Source: Terrisporobacter mayombei (GTDB taxonomy: Bacteria; Bacillota; Clostridia; Peptostreptococcales; Peptostreptococcaceae). From it: DNA of 24,000 nucleotides. Shown here in pieces: positions 1 to 8,512 of the stretch; position 1 is the stretch's first letter, and each line of letters opens with the position of its first letter. The notes below the pieces were generated by a model. The model had not been told where the DNA came from, made no database searches, and saw only the letters and a list, made by a program, of their open reading frames with translations. The stretch lies in assembly GCF_031202285.1 (NCBI RefSeq), contig NZ_CP101637.1; one strand, written 5' to 3'. The position numbers and the translations under genes were made by a program.

Positions 1-214
1 ATTTAAAACCTTTTATATTAGAAATATTAAAGTTTTTTTCTAGTAATAATACAATTATAAAAAATATAAATCCAAGTATTAACGTATGTGTATGAGTTAC
101 ACTCAAAGAGGTTACTCCTGTGAAATTATTTATTTTTGTAAACTCTCTATAAAAAACTCCTAGTGCCAATCCTAAAATTAGATAAAATGTTGAAATCTTA
201 AAATATTTTTGCAT
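1..214 (-). CDS. DUF2871-like small integral membrane protein (N-terminal part; CDS runs off the left window edge)
   Basis: Absent from the ORF track because the window edge cuts it. Reverse-strand ATG at 214-212, preceded by GGAGG (complement of 221-225). Translation MQKYFKISTFYLILGLALGVFYREFTKINNFTGVTSLSVTHTHTLILGFIFFIIVLLLEK is hydrophobic and fits my recollection of the DUF2871 signature (GVFYREFTK, HTH..LG). Confidence 0.55.
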   Translation of the reverse strand, partial: MQKYFKISTFYLILGLALGVFYREFTKINNFTGVTSLSVTHTHTLILGFIFFIIVLLLEKNFNISNIKGFK

Positions 215-304
215 ATCCTACCTCCGCTAAATAATTAATAATAATATATATACCTAAAAAAGTTTGCATTAAAACAAAATGAAGTAGTATTAATTTATTA
301 AATA

Positions 305-351
305 AAAAATAAGGTGTAACAACATAATTTTAATGTTTACACCTTATTTTT
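305..351 (-). terminator. Rho-independent terminator downstream of the aminotransferase gene
   Basis: Stem AAGGTGTAA (311-319) pairs with TTACACCTT (337-345). Flanked by an A-run on the left and a T-run on the right, so it can act in either direction. Confidence 0.6.
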
Positions 352-355
352 TCAT

Positions 356-1588
356 TTAAAATTTTAAATCAAGGGCAGTTAGTCTATTGTAAATTTCTTT
401 CATAAAGATCATTTCCGCTTCTTCACTATAAGCTTCGTAAGTAACGGAAAGTCTTAAATAAGCACCACAATCATCCCAAGGAACAGTGGATATCATGGCA
501 TTATCTAAAATATAAGCAAAAGCATCTTCTGCATTATTAAAGGCTACATCACCAGCTCCCTTAGGAATAGGAACATAAAGATAAAATCCACCTTTAGGCT
601 TTTCCACTTTAAATCCAACTTTTCTAAGAACATCAATTAGTAAATCAAAACGTCTAGAATATCTTTCTATATTTTCTGAAATGAATTTTTCATAGTTATC
701 AAGAGCAAATGAAGCGGCTTTTTGTATAGGAATAAATTGTCCAGAGTCAGTGTGACCTTTAATAGTTGAATAAAGTTTAATAGTTTTAGGAGAGCCGACT
801 ACAAAAGCCATTCTAAAACCAGTCATATTAAAGCTTTTAGATAAAGAGTGGATTTCCAAACAAAGATCCATAGCACCGTCAACGCTTAAAATGCTAAGAG
901 GCTTATGATCGTCATAAGTCAAAGTACCATAAGCCATATCAGAGATTATAAATATCTTATTTTTTCTACAAAAATCAACTAAATATTCATAATATTTTTT
1001 AGTAGCAATTTGTCCAGTTGGATTGTTCGGATAATTAATATAAAGAAGCTTAGATCTTTTTAAAATATCTTCAGGAATATTTTCTAAGTCAGGGTAGAAG
1101 TTGCTTTTTTCACAAAGAGGTAGATTGTAGATTTCTCCCCCTAGAAATTTAGTATAAGTACCCATAATTGGATAGCCAGGAACAGTCATTAAGCAAACAT
1201 CACCTGGATTTATAAAACCTATAGGAATCATGGCTAAAATAGATTTTGAGCCTATACCATGCATAACATTTTCGTAAGTTAAATTGTCTATATGATATGC
1301 ATTTTTCATAAATCTACAAGCTGCTTCCTGAAACTCTAATATGCCATTGTCTGCATAAAATCTATTTTCATTCTTATGTGATTCTCTACATAAAACATCA
1401 ACAATTGAAGAGTCAGCAATTTTATCAGGCTCACCAACTCCCATATTAATAAGTGGTATATTAGGATTATTTATTTTAGCATCATTAGTCATTTTTTTTA
1501 GTTTCTCAAATTTGTATAATCGTGTAGCTGTATTGAAGAAAGATAAATCGCCCAGTCTTTCTGAAATCATGCTGTCTATAAAATCCAT
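356..1588 (-). CDS. PLP-dependent aminotransferase, class I/II (LL-diaminopimelate aminotransferase-like)
   Basis: 410-aa ORF. Motifs GVGEPD, INYPNNPTG and SLSKSFNMTGFR (PLP-lysine motif). Overall collinear with the DapL / aspartate-aminotransferase fold-type I family. Confidence 0.85.
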   Translation of the reverse strand: MDFIDSMISERLGDLSFFNTATRLYKFEKLKKMTNDAKINNPNIPLINMGVGEPDKIADSSIVDVLCRESHKNENRFYADNGILEFQEAACRFMKNAYHIDNLTYENVMHGIGSKSILAMIPIGFINPGDVCLMTVPGYPIMGTYTKFLGGEIYNLPLCEKSNFYPDLENIPEDILKRSKLLYINYPNNPTGQIATKKYYEYLVDFCRKNKIFIISDMAYGTLTYDDHKPLSILSVDGAMDLCLEIHSLSKSFNMTGFRMAFVVGSPKTIKLYSTIKGHTDSGQFIPIQKAASFALDNYEKFISENIERYSRRFDLLIDVLRKVGFKVEKPKGGFYLYVPIPKGAGDVAFNNAEDAFAYILDNAMISTVPWDDCGAYLRLSVTYEAYSEEAEMIFMKEIYNRLTALDLKF

Positions 1589-1806
1589 TTTTAATCCTCC
1601 AAAAGTGTCGAGATACTTTATATTATGAAAAATTATTAAAAATGGGACGACTTTATTCTTTTTTGTTAATTTTTAAAAATTAACCTCTAATAAAATTACC
1701 TAAATGGAAAATATATTATGTTAATATAAATGATACCAAATATAATTATTTATATGTATAATGTAAAAGCATTATAAAATTCATGACCTTTAAGTGAGGG
1801 TTAACG

Positions 1807-3222
1807 ATGGAAAAAAAGAATAAATGTAAATTATTTATAATACTGGCAGTTGCTATAGTATTAGGCTTGATCATGTACAGTGGACTATTTTCATCTAAAA
1901 TTTATGACAAGCATATGGGTAGAGGGTTAAATTATTTAACAAATGAGAAATATGAAGATGCAATATTATCTTTCCAAAAAGCAATAAAAATTAAGAAAAA
2001 TAGTACTTATGCAAGAATTTATTTAGGAGAGACATACATATTAAATAATGAAATAGAAGAAGCAACTACCATATTAAAAGAAGCGCAGAGTTTAGATATA
2101 GCTAATGAAAAACTACTTATGGAAATATTAGAAATTCTAACTTATATAGATGGAGATTTAGCATATGAATTTTTGGATACATTCGTACAAGTTGTACAAA
2201 AATCTAATATATCACCTAAAATACAAGAAATAATTAATTCAGCAAACAAGGCATTACTAAATCCAGAAGTAAATATAGAGCCAGGAAAATATGTAGATTC
2301 ATTACAGCTAAAAATGTTAGATGAGATAATGACAGTTGGCCATAGTTACTACTATACAATGGATGGAAGCATCCCAAATAAAAACTCATCTAAATATACT
2401 GGAAAGATAGACATATCAAAAAGCACAAATATAAAAATAATAGGGTACAATAAAAATGGAGACTGTACAGATGTTGAAACTTTTAAATATATAATTGATA
2501 AAGATATAATAGAGCAGATTAAAAAAAGTATTTCTGAAGGCGAATCACTAATCAATAATACTACTGTGGGAAGTGAAATTGGAAATATATCTAAAGAAGA
2601 TAAAGAGAAACTTCAAAATATATTAAATAAAGGAAAAGACTTATTAAATGATTACTTTATTAATTATAAAGATGCAAGCAATATAAAAACAGATATAGAA
2701 AGTGGGATTAGCTTATTTAATGATAATATAATTAAACCGATAGATAAGTCAAAACTAGAATCGGCTATTTCACAAGCTAATTCATTATACAATAATTCTA
2801 TAGAAGGTAGTAATGTAGGTGAATACAAATCAGGGACAAAATCAGTTTTTATAAGTACAATAAATTATGCCAAAAAAATTTATAACAACTCATCCTCTAA
2901 TCAAACAGAAATAGACTCAGCTCTAACTAATTTAAATAGTGCTATAGGTAAATTTAAAAAGAATAAAATTACAACAAATGATCGAAATTCAGATGGAAGT
3001 TATACTAGAGAATATGTAGAATCATATATTAAAAAAGAATATGTAGGTTATGGTATATTTGTAATGGATGCTACATATGATGAGTTTTATAATAATGAAA
3101 AATGTTACTTAATATCAGGCTCTTCAAATGAAACAAATGCTTCGGGATTTACACATCCAATAGAGTTTTTTATAGGTTCTAAAAAACTTAATAAGTATTC
3201 TTATAGTGATGTTGCATGGTAA
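1807..3222 (+). CDS. Membrane-anchored TPR protein with a chitobiase/hexosaminidase C-terminal-like (FN3-associated) segment and FIVAR-like repeats
   Basis: N-terminal TM helix (KLFIILAVAIVLGLIMYSGLF). TPR-like region (YEDAILSFQKAIKIKKNSTYARIYLGETY). YYTMDGSIPNKNSSKYTGKIDIS resembles the CHB_HEX_C_1 motif. Two segments of the form G.E.G.Y.....L...I..A resemble FIVAR. RBS GTGAGGG upstream. Confidence 0.7.
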   Translation: MEKKNKCKLFIILAVAIVLGLIMYSGLFSSKIYDKHMGRGLNYLTNEKYEDAILSFQKAIKIKKNSTYARIYLGETYILNNEIEEATTILKEAQSLDIANEKLLMEILEILTYIDGDLAYEFLDTFVQVVQKSNISPKIQEIINSANKALLNPEVNIEPGKYVDSLQLKMLDEIMTVGHSYYYTMDGSIPNKNSSKYTGKIDISKSTNIKIIGYNKNGDCTDVETFKYIIDKDIIEQIKKSISEGESLINNTTVGSEIGNISKEDKEKLQNILNKGKDLLNDYFINYKDASNIKTDIESGISLFNDNIIKPIDKSKLESAISQANSLYNNSIEGSNVGEYKSGTKSVFISTINYAKKIYNNSSSNQTEIDSALTNLNSAIGKFKKNKITTNDRNSDGSYTREYVESYIKKEYVGYGIFVMDATYDEFYNNEKCYLISGSSNETNASGFTHPIEFFIGSKKLNKYSYSDVAW

Positions 3223-3285
3223 ATAATATTTTTAAATAAATTAAAATATATAATTTGATAAATTAAAAATAACAAATATAATTCA

Positions 3286-3309
3286 AAAGGCTGCAATAAA
3301 GCAGCCTTT
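3286..3309. terminator. Bidirectional terminator between convergent genes
   Basis: AAAGGCTGC (3286-3294), loop AATAAA, GCAGCCTTT (3301-3309). Lies between the stop at 3222 (+) and the stop at 3315 (-). Confidence 0.7.
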
Positions 3310-3314
3310 AATTA

Positions 3315-3776
3315 TTAATTACAATTTTCTAAGATTGAAGGAATATCTTCAATTGTTACACTTTCATAAACTCGTCCGTTTACAGTTACAATAGGTGTTC
3401 TACGACAAACTCCTACACATCCACCTGACTCTAAACTAAACTTCATATCTTTGGTAGTTTCGCCAGATTTAATTCCTATTAATTTTTCAAACTCATGAAG
3501 AATACTAGAGCTATTATCCTTGCTACAAGCATTACCAAAACAAATTTTTATCTTGTATTTACCTTTAAGATCAGTAACAAAGTAACTATAAAAATTAACA
3601 ACACTTTCCACTTTGCTAAGAGGAAGATTTAACTTTTTGGAAATGTAAATCTGTACATCTTTTGGTAGATATCCGAATATACTTTGAGCATGATGTAAAG
3701 TATCCGTCAGCATTTTTTCATTATTATCAATTGAATTTATAAATAAATCTTTATTTTTAGAGAGAAAATCACACAT
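3315..3776 (-). CDS. NuoE/HydC-family thioredoxin-like [2Fe-2S] ferredoxin (stand-alone)
   Basis: 153 aa. Cysteine pattern CFGNAC ... GGCVGVC (C-x4-C ... C-x3-C) and the ending PIVTVNG..Y are typical of NuoE / 24-kDa subunit-like proteins. RBS AAAGGAGAT. No partner NuoF or hydrogenase gene is adjacent. Confidence 0.8.
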   Translation of the reverse strand: MCDFLSKNKDLFINSIDNNEKMLTDTLHHAQSIFGYLPKDVQIYISKKLNLPLSKVESVVNFYSYFVTDLKGKYKIKICFGNACSKDNSSSILHEFEKLIGIKSGETTKDMKFSLESGGCVGVCRRTPIVTVNGRVYESVTIEDIPSILENCN

Positions 3777-3814
3777 ATTAATCTCCTTTATTTTTTAAAT
3801 ATTGACTTTCTTTT

Positions 3815-3831
3815 TATACCCTATGGGTAAT
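3815..3831 (-). promoter_or_regulatory. Candidate operator: GC-core palindrome TACCC-N3-GGGTA overlapping the putative -10 of the NuoE-like gene
   Basis: Plus strand reads TATACCCTATGGGTAAT. On the coding (minus) strand it reads ATTACCCATAGGGTATAAAAAG, with TATAAA as a possible -10 about 35 nt upstream of the ATG. It is an isolated GC core in AT-rich DNA. Confidence 0.3.
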
Positions 3832-3976
3832 GAATATAAACTTTCTAAGGATTATATGATATATCATAATCATTAATAATATAAACCTATATAAAGTAAA
3901 TGTAAGGCAAGTATGATATGAATATGTGTTATTATTTATAATATATTTGAAAATAAATGAAAGAAGGTGTTTAAGG

Positions 3977-4537
3977 ATGAAAATTTCAAAAAAAGAAGTA
4001 TTTTCAATACCTAATATAATGGGGTATTTTAGGATAATTTTAATACCTGTATTTTTATATGTTTATTATAATGCAACATCAGTGGAGGATTATTATATTG
4101 TAGCAGGTATAGTATGCGTTTCTGGAATAACAGACTTTTTAGATGGTTTTATAGCCAGAAGGTTTAATATGATTACTGAATGGGGAAAGTTTATAGATCC
4201 TTTGGCAGATAAGTTAACTCAAGCAGCTCTTGTATTCGCTTTATCATTTAAATATAAATTAATGTGGTATTTAGTTGGGTTGTTTATAATAAAAGAAGGC
4301 TTTATGGCAATTATGGGAATTATAATGCTTAGAAAAGGCAAGAAACTAGATGGGGCAAAGTGGTTTGGAAAGCTTTGTACGGCAATATTATACATAGTAA
4401 TGTTTATGTTAATGTTATTCCAGAGAATGAATAATGATAGAGCAAACTTCTTAATATTAGTGTGTGGAATATTTATGTCAATGTCTTTTATACTATACAT
4501 ACCTGTTTTTTATAAAATGCATAAGTCAAATAAATAA
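3977..4537 (+). CDS. pgsA: CDP-alcohol phosphatidyltransferase (CDP-diacylglycerol--glycerol-3-phosphate 3-phosphatidyltransferase type)
   Basis: Signature DFLDGFIARRFNMITEWGKFIDPLADK, i.e. D-x2-DG-x2-AR-x8-G-x3-D-x3-D. Multiple TM helices. I place the start at ATG 3977 (MKISKKE), preceded by AAGGTG, rather than the track start at 3926. Confidence 0.8.
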   Translation: MKISKKEVFSIPNIMGYFRIILIPVFLYVYYNATSVEDYYIVAGIVCVSGITDFLDGFIARRFNMITEWGKFIDPLADKLTQAALVFALSFKYKLMWYLVGLFIIKEGFMAIMGIIMLRKGKKLDGAKWFGKLCTAILYIVMFMLMLFQRMNNDRANFLILVCGIFMSMSFILYIPVFYKMHKSNK

Positions 4538-4608
4538 GATATTTTTTGGAGAGTATTAAAACATTTATTCATATAGTTATATATAAGCATAAAATTAGGA
4601 GGGATTAT

Positions 4609-5088
4609 ATGACAACATATATTCTATACACATTGGCAGCTATAATGTGCTTTATATCCTACTTGAAAAATAAAGAAAGAACAAAAAATGCTTTAATCAA
4701 AGGTTGCAAATCTATTGAAAATATCATGCCTCAATTCTTATACATAATAGTAATTGTAGGATTAATGTTAGCCTTTATTGATACTAATACAATTTCAAAA
4801 TTAATAGGAAATGAATCAGGATTTTTAGGAGTTTTATTTTCCGCAGCAGTAGGATCTATTGTAATGGTTCCGACTTTTGTAGCATTTTCAACTGCAAATA
4901 CATTATTAAATAGTGGGGCGGGTTATGCTCAAGTAGCAGCATTAGTATCAACTTTAACTTTTGTAGGCATAATGACTTTTACGCTGGAAGCTAAATATAT
5001 TGGCAAAAAGGCTGCTTTTTATAGAAATTTTTTTGCATTTCTATTTTCAGTTGTAGTTGCCTTCTTTATGGGAGTGATTTTAGGGTGA
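4609..5088 (+). CDS. Predicted permease, DUF318/ArsP_1-like, first half of a split pair
   Basis: Polytopic membrane protein. Start moved to ATG 4609 (MTTYILY), preceded by AGGAGGG. The stop overlaps the start of the next ORF. Confidence 0.55.
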   Translation: MTTYILYTLAAIMCFISYLKNKERTKNALIKGCKSIENIMPQFLYIIVIVGLMLAFIDTNTISKLIGNESGFLGVLFSAAVGSIVMVPTFVAFSTANTLLNSGAGYAQVAALVSTLTFVGIMTFTLEAKYIGKKAAFYRNFFAFLFSVVVAFFMGVILG

Positions 5089-5639
5089 AGAAGAAAATTT
5101 ATTACTTGGTAAAGAGATATAAACTTTTTCTTATTGTTTTTATTATTCTTATTTTAGTTATTATATTTGAAAAAAATACTGGTCTGAGGGCATTTAATAG
5201 TGTAAAAGATAGCTTTTTTCAGATGTTATCAGTACTACCACCTATTATGATTATTCTAGGATTAATGGATGAGTGGATATCTAGAGAATCCATGATGAAG
5301 TACATGGGCGATGATTCTGGAATTATGGGAATTGCTATCGCCATAACTTTCGCAGCTTTTGCTGCAGGACCAATGTATGCCGCATTTCCATTTACAGCTG
5401 TTTTATTAAAAAAAGGTGTAAAGTTTACTAATGTGATTATTTTTATGAACGCTTGGTGCGTTATAAAAATTTCTACTCTTCTATTTGAAATAAGTTCATT
5501 AGGGTATAAATTTACTTTTTATAGATTGTTAATCGATTTTGTTGGGGTTATTGCTATGGGATATTTGGTTAATTATTTTGTTATGAAAGTAGGAAAAGAA
5601 GATAAAATTTTAAGTAGCTATATGAAAGAAGATGTCTAA
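5085..5639 (+). CDS. Predicted permease, DUF318/ArsP_1-like, second half of a split pair
   Basis: GTG start overlaps the upstream TGA (GTGA, 4-nt overlap at 5085-5088), implying translational coupling. The segment AGPMYAAFPFTAVLLKKGVKF...FMNAW resembles the conserved permease core. Confidence 0.55.
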   Translation: MKKKIYYLVKRYKLFLIVFIILILVIIFEKNTGLRAFNSVKDSFFQMLSVLPPIMIILGLMDEWISRESMMKYMGDDSGIMGIAIAITFAAFAAGPMYAAFPFTAVLLKKGVKFTNVIIFMNAWCVIKISTLLFEISSLGYKFTFYRLLIDFVGVIAMGYLVNYFVMKVGKEDKILSSYMKEDV

Positions 5640-5651
5640 AAGTAAAAACGT

Positions 5652-5685
5652 AAGGCATGAATTATATTTGCATAATTCATGCCTT
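5652..5685. terminator. Bidirectional terminator between convergent genes
   Basis: Perfect 14-bp stem AAGGCATGAATTAT (5652-5665) / ATAATTCATGCCTT (5672-5685), flanked by A-rich sequence on the left and T-rich sequence on the right. Confidence 0.75.
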
Positions 5686-5712
5686 ATTTATATAAAAATA
5701 AAAGTATTTAAT

Positions 5713-7488
5713 TTAGGAAAGAATACCAACTTTTTTCAATAAGAATTCTGCATTTGTAGTAAGAGATCTTCCCTTTTTAAGTTTGTAATCAAAGTAAATT
5801 TCATTATCTATGTAATGTTCATTAAAACTATAGTTTATAATATTAGGATTTTCATTTTCTAAATTACAAACATCCAAATCATGAGTTGTAATCATCCCTG
5901 AAACATGATATTTACACAATTCTCTTAGGACACCTTCAGCACCTTTAAGTCTATCTATGGAATTTGTACCTCTAAAAATCTCATCTATTAAAAATAGTGT
6001 ATTAGAGTTAACATGAGATTGGTCAATTATTTTTTTTATTCTTTTTAGCTCAGCATAGAATGTTGAAATTCCTTCGTTTAAATCATCTCTTATACGCATA
6101 GATGTAATTATATCCATTTTAGATGATAACATGCTACTGGCACATACATAACTTCCAGAGCAAGCAAGAACCGCATTAATGCCAACAGTCCTCATAAAAG
6201 TAGTTTTACCAGACATATTAGAACCAGAAATAATGTAAATATTATTATCTAGATTAAAATTGTTGCAAATACGTTTATCATTGGCGATTAAAGGATGACC
6301 CATATTTGTAGCTTCAATGATGTTGTTTTCCTCAGTAAAATTAGGAAGACACATATTGTTACAAATTCTAGGAAGATTGGCAAAGCTAATTAAACTTTCC
6401 AGTTCTCCTAAAGTATGAAACCAATTTTCTACTGAATCAGAATATTCTTGCTTCCAATTATCTAAATCTATAGCGTTTTTGTAGTCCCAAAGTAATAGTG
6501 AGTTTAAAATAATGCACATAACACCATTATTACGCTGATTTATACTTGAAGCAATTTTTGATAGTTTGTTAACTCCAACTTTAGCTTTTTCTATATTCTT
6601 TTCAATTTCATTTAATTTATCAGAAGCAAATTTTACTTTTGTAATATTATTAATAACATCGTCGTAGCGACTAATTTTAGGTGCTAACTTTTTAAGTGTT
6701 CCAACATAACTATTTGATTTTAAATAACCAATAACCCATAGTAATAGTTGAAATATAATTAAACAGTTAAGAACAATAAAAGCATCAGTATTTTTAGTTA
6801 CTAGAGCATAAAGCAAAGCAAGACAAGTTACGATACTAGATACTTTAAATAATAATTTTAAAAATTTACTTTCAATAAATCTTTTTTTATCTTGAAGTTG
6901 TGAAATTAAATTGGCAAAATCCTCATCGACACCTATAAGAGAAAAATCATACTCTGTCTCAACAGAAAAATCATAATTCTTGCTTAACTCAGCAATAGCC
7001 TCATGACGATTTTGAATTTCTTTATCTGAAAAATTAGGACTTAGCAAGTCTTTTACAAATCTTCTTCTTCCATAATAAGTACCAGTACTATTAATCATTT
7101 GGAATAAAGAATTTTTACCTACTATATCCAAGTCCGTTGCATAAGGGTGATCATAATTTATAAATTCTTCACCAATATCTGTAAAGTCAGACCATTCACC
7201 AGAAATTCTCTTCATATTAGCCTCATTAATTTTTATAACTCCTTCAGCTTTATGTATTTGCTCATAAATAGTTTTATGAAATAAAGATGCAATAATAAAG
7301 ATAACTATTTCCACAATTAAAAGTAAAATTAATTTTAAAGGATAATGATTTACATATATTTTGTATATGTTATAGCATATTAAAATAAACAATGCCATTT
7401 TGAATACAGATATTATATTAGTAGTTTTGTTATGTTCTAATATACTTGCTTTTCTTTTTTCTATATCATCATTAAATTTTGATTCCAT
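5713..7488 (-). CDS. MutS-related ATPase (MutS domain V only) with N-terminal transmembrane segments; no mismatch-binding or Smr domain
   Basis: Walker A GSNMSGKTTFMRTVG, Walker B LFLIDEIFRGTN, and TTHD, all typical of MutS domain V. Two hydrophobic helix pairs lie near residues 35-75 and 215-260. Start moved to ATG 7488 (MESKFNDD), preceded by GGAGGT; the track TTG at 7503 overlaps that RBS. Confidence 0.85.
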   Translation of the reverse strand: MESKFNDDIEKRKASILEHNKTTNIISVFKMALFILICYNIYKIYVNHYPLKLILLLIVEIVIFIIASLFHKTIYEQIHKAEGVIKINEANMKRISGEWSDFTDIGEEFINYDHPYATDLDIVGKNSLFQMINSTGTYYGRRRFVKDLLSPNFSDKEIQNRHEAIAELSKNYDFSVETEYDFSLIGVDEDFANLISQLQDKKRFIESKFLKLLFKVSSIVTCLALLYALVTKNTDAFIVLNCLIIFQLLLWVIGYLKSNSYVGTLKKLAPKISRYDDVINNITKVKFASDKLNEIEKNIEKAKVGVNKLSKIASSINQRNNGVMCIILNSLLLWDYKNAIDLDNWKQEYSDSVENWFHTLGELESLISFANLPRICNNMCLPNFTEENNIIEATNMGHPLIANDKRICNNFNLDNNIYIISGSNMSGKTTFMRTVGINAVLACSGSYVCASSMLSSKMDIITSMRIRDDLNEGISTFYAELKRIKKIIDQSHVNSNTLFLIDEIFRGTNSIDRLKGAEGVLRELCKYHVSGMITTHDLDVCNLENENPNIINYSFNEHYIDNEIYFDYKLKKGRSLTTNAEFLLKKVGILS

Positions 7489-7636
7489 AAGTTTTACCTC
7501 CAAATTTATCCTGTAACTTTTATGATAACCAATATTTATAGAAAATCCAACTAATTTGCTTTATTTAATATTTAAATTAAATTTTTAATATTAATTTCCT
7601 TGTTTTTCATGATTAAAATAAATATTAAAAGTTGTA

Positions 7637-7667
7637 TTGACTCTGACGCTACGTTATAGAATATAGT
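7637..7667 (+). promoter_or_regulatory. MerR-type promoter with an overlong 19-bp spacer upstream of the MerR/TipA-like gene
   Basis: TTGACT (7637-7642), 19 nt, TATAGT (7662-7667), about 40 nt upstream of ATG 7707. A 19-bp spacer is the hallmark of promoters remodelled by MerR-family activators. I could not see a clean dyad in the spacer. Confidence 0.5.
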
Positions 7668-7706
7668 TATAAGTGTAATAGGGAATTGAAGAAAGGAGGT
7701 TGAAGA

Positions 7707-8438
7707 ATGAAGATAAGTGAAGTAGCAAAATTGACAGGTATAACAGTTAGGACTTTGCATTATTATGATGAAATAGGACTGCTAAAGCCTAGTGAAATTA
7801 CAGAATCAGGATATAGATTGTACTCTAAAGATTCTCTTGAAACTTTGCAGCAAATATTGTTTTTTAGAGAATTAGATTTTCCTTTAAATGAAATAAAAGA
7901 AATAATGACAAATCCCAGTTATGATAAAATGGAAGCTTTAAACAAGCAAAAAGAATTGCTAGTAAAAAAACGCCAACGAATAGATAATTTGATTGGACTA
8001 ATAAATAATACTATAGAAGGAGAGGATAATATGAGTTTTAAAGAATTTGATATGAAAGATATAGAAGAAAGTAAAAATAAATATGCTAAAGAGGTAAAAG
8101 AGCGTTGGGGAAATACAGAGGCATACAAAGAATGTGAGGAAAAAACAAATAGCTACAGTGAAAATCAATGGGGAGTTATTAATAAAGAAAGTAGTGAAAT
8201 TTTAAAAGCTTTTGGAGAGCATATAGGTTGTGATCCAGGAAGTGCAGAAGTACAAGATTTAGTAGAAAAATGGAAAAACCATATTTCGTCTAGTTTTTAT
8301 AATTGCACAAAAGAAATCTTATCAGGCTTAGGTTTAATGTATATAAATGATGAGAGATTTCAAAAAAATATTGATCAAAATGGGGAAGGAACAGCTGAAT
8401 TAATGTCAAAAGCCATTGAAATTTACTGTTCTAAATAA
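7707..8438 (+). CDS. MerR-family transcriptional regulator with a TipAS-like antibiotic-recognition C-terminal domain (TipAL/Mta type)
   Basis: N-terminus MKISEVAKLTGITVRTLHYYDEIGLLKPS is the canonical MerR HTH. A coiled-coil linker follows, then a C-terminal domain of about 140 aa with the TipAS-like ending (YINDERF...). RBS AAAGGAGG. Confidence 0.9.
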   Translation: MKISEVAKLTGITVRTLHYYDEIGLLKPSEITESGYRLYSKDSLETLQQILFFRELDFPLNEIKEIMTNPSYDKMEALNKQKELLVKKRQRIDNLIGLINNTIEGEDNMSFKEFDMKDIEESKNKYAKEVKERWGNTEAYKECEEKTNSYSENQWGVINKESSEILKAFGEHIGCDPGSAEVQDLVEKWKNHISSSFYNCTKEILSGLGLMYINDERFQKNIDQNGEGTAELMSKAIEIYCSK

Positions 8439-8470
8439 CTAAAGATTATTTTACAAAGTAAAAAATTAAA

Positions 8471-8510
8471 AAAGCCTCTTAATTTTATAAAGTTAAAATT
8501 AAGAGGCTTT
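8471..8510. terminator. Bidirectional terminator between convergent genes
   Basis: AAAGCCTCTTAATTTTA ... TAAAATTAAGAGGCTTT long stem, with an A-run upstream and a T-run downstream. Confidence 0.8.
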
Positions 8511-8512
8511 TT

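Noticed and set aside
5713-8438. MutS-like ATPase plus MerR as a phage-defence or toxin system
   Set aside because: There is no nuclease, Smr, TIR, Sir2 or other effector domain, no partner genes, and no mobile-element context. Both genes are flanked by ordinary terminators. Function is left as unknown rather than called defence.
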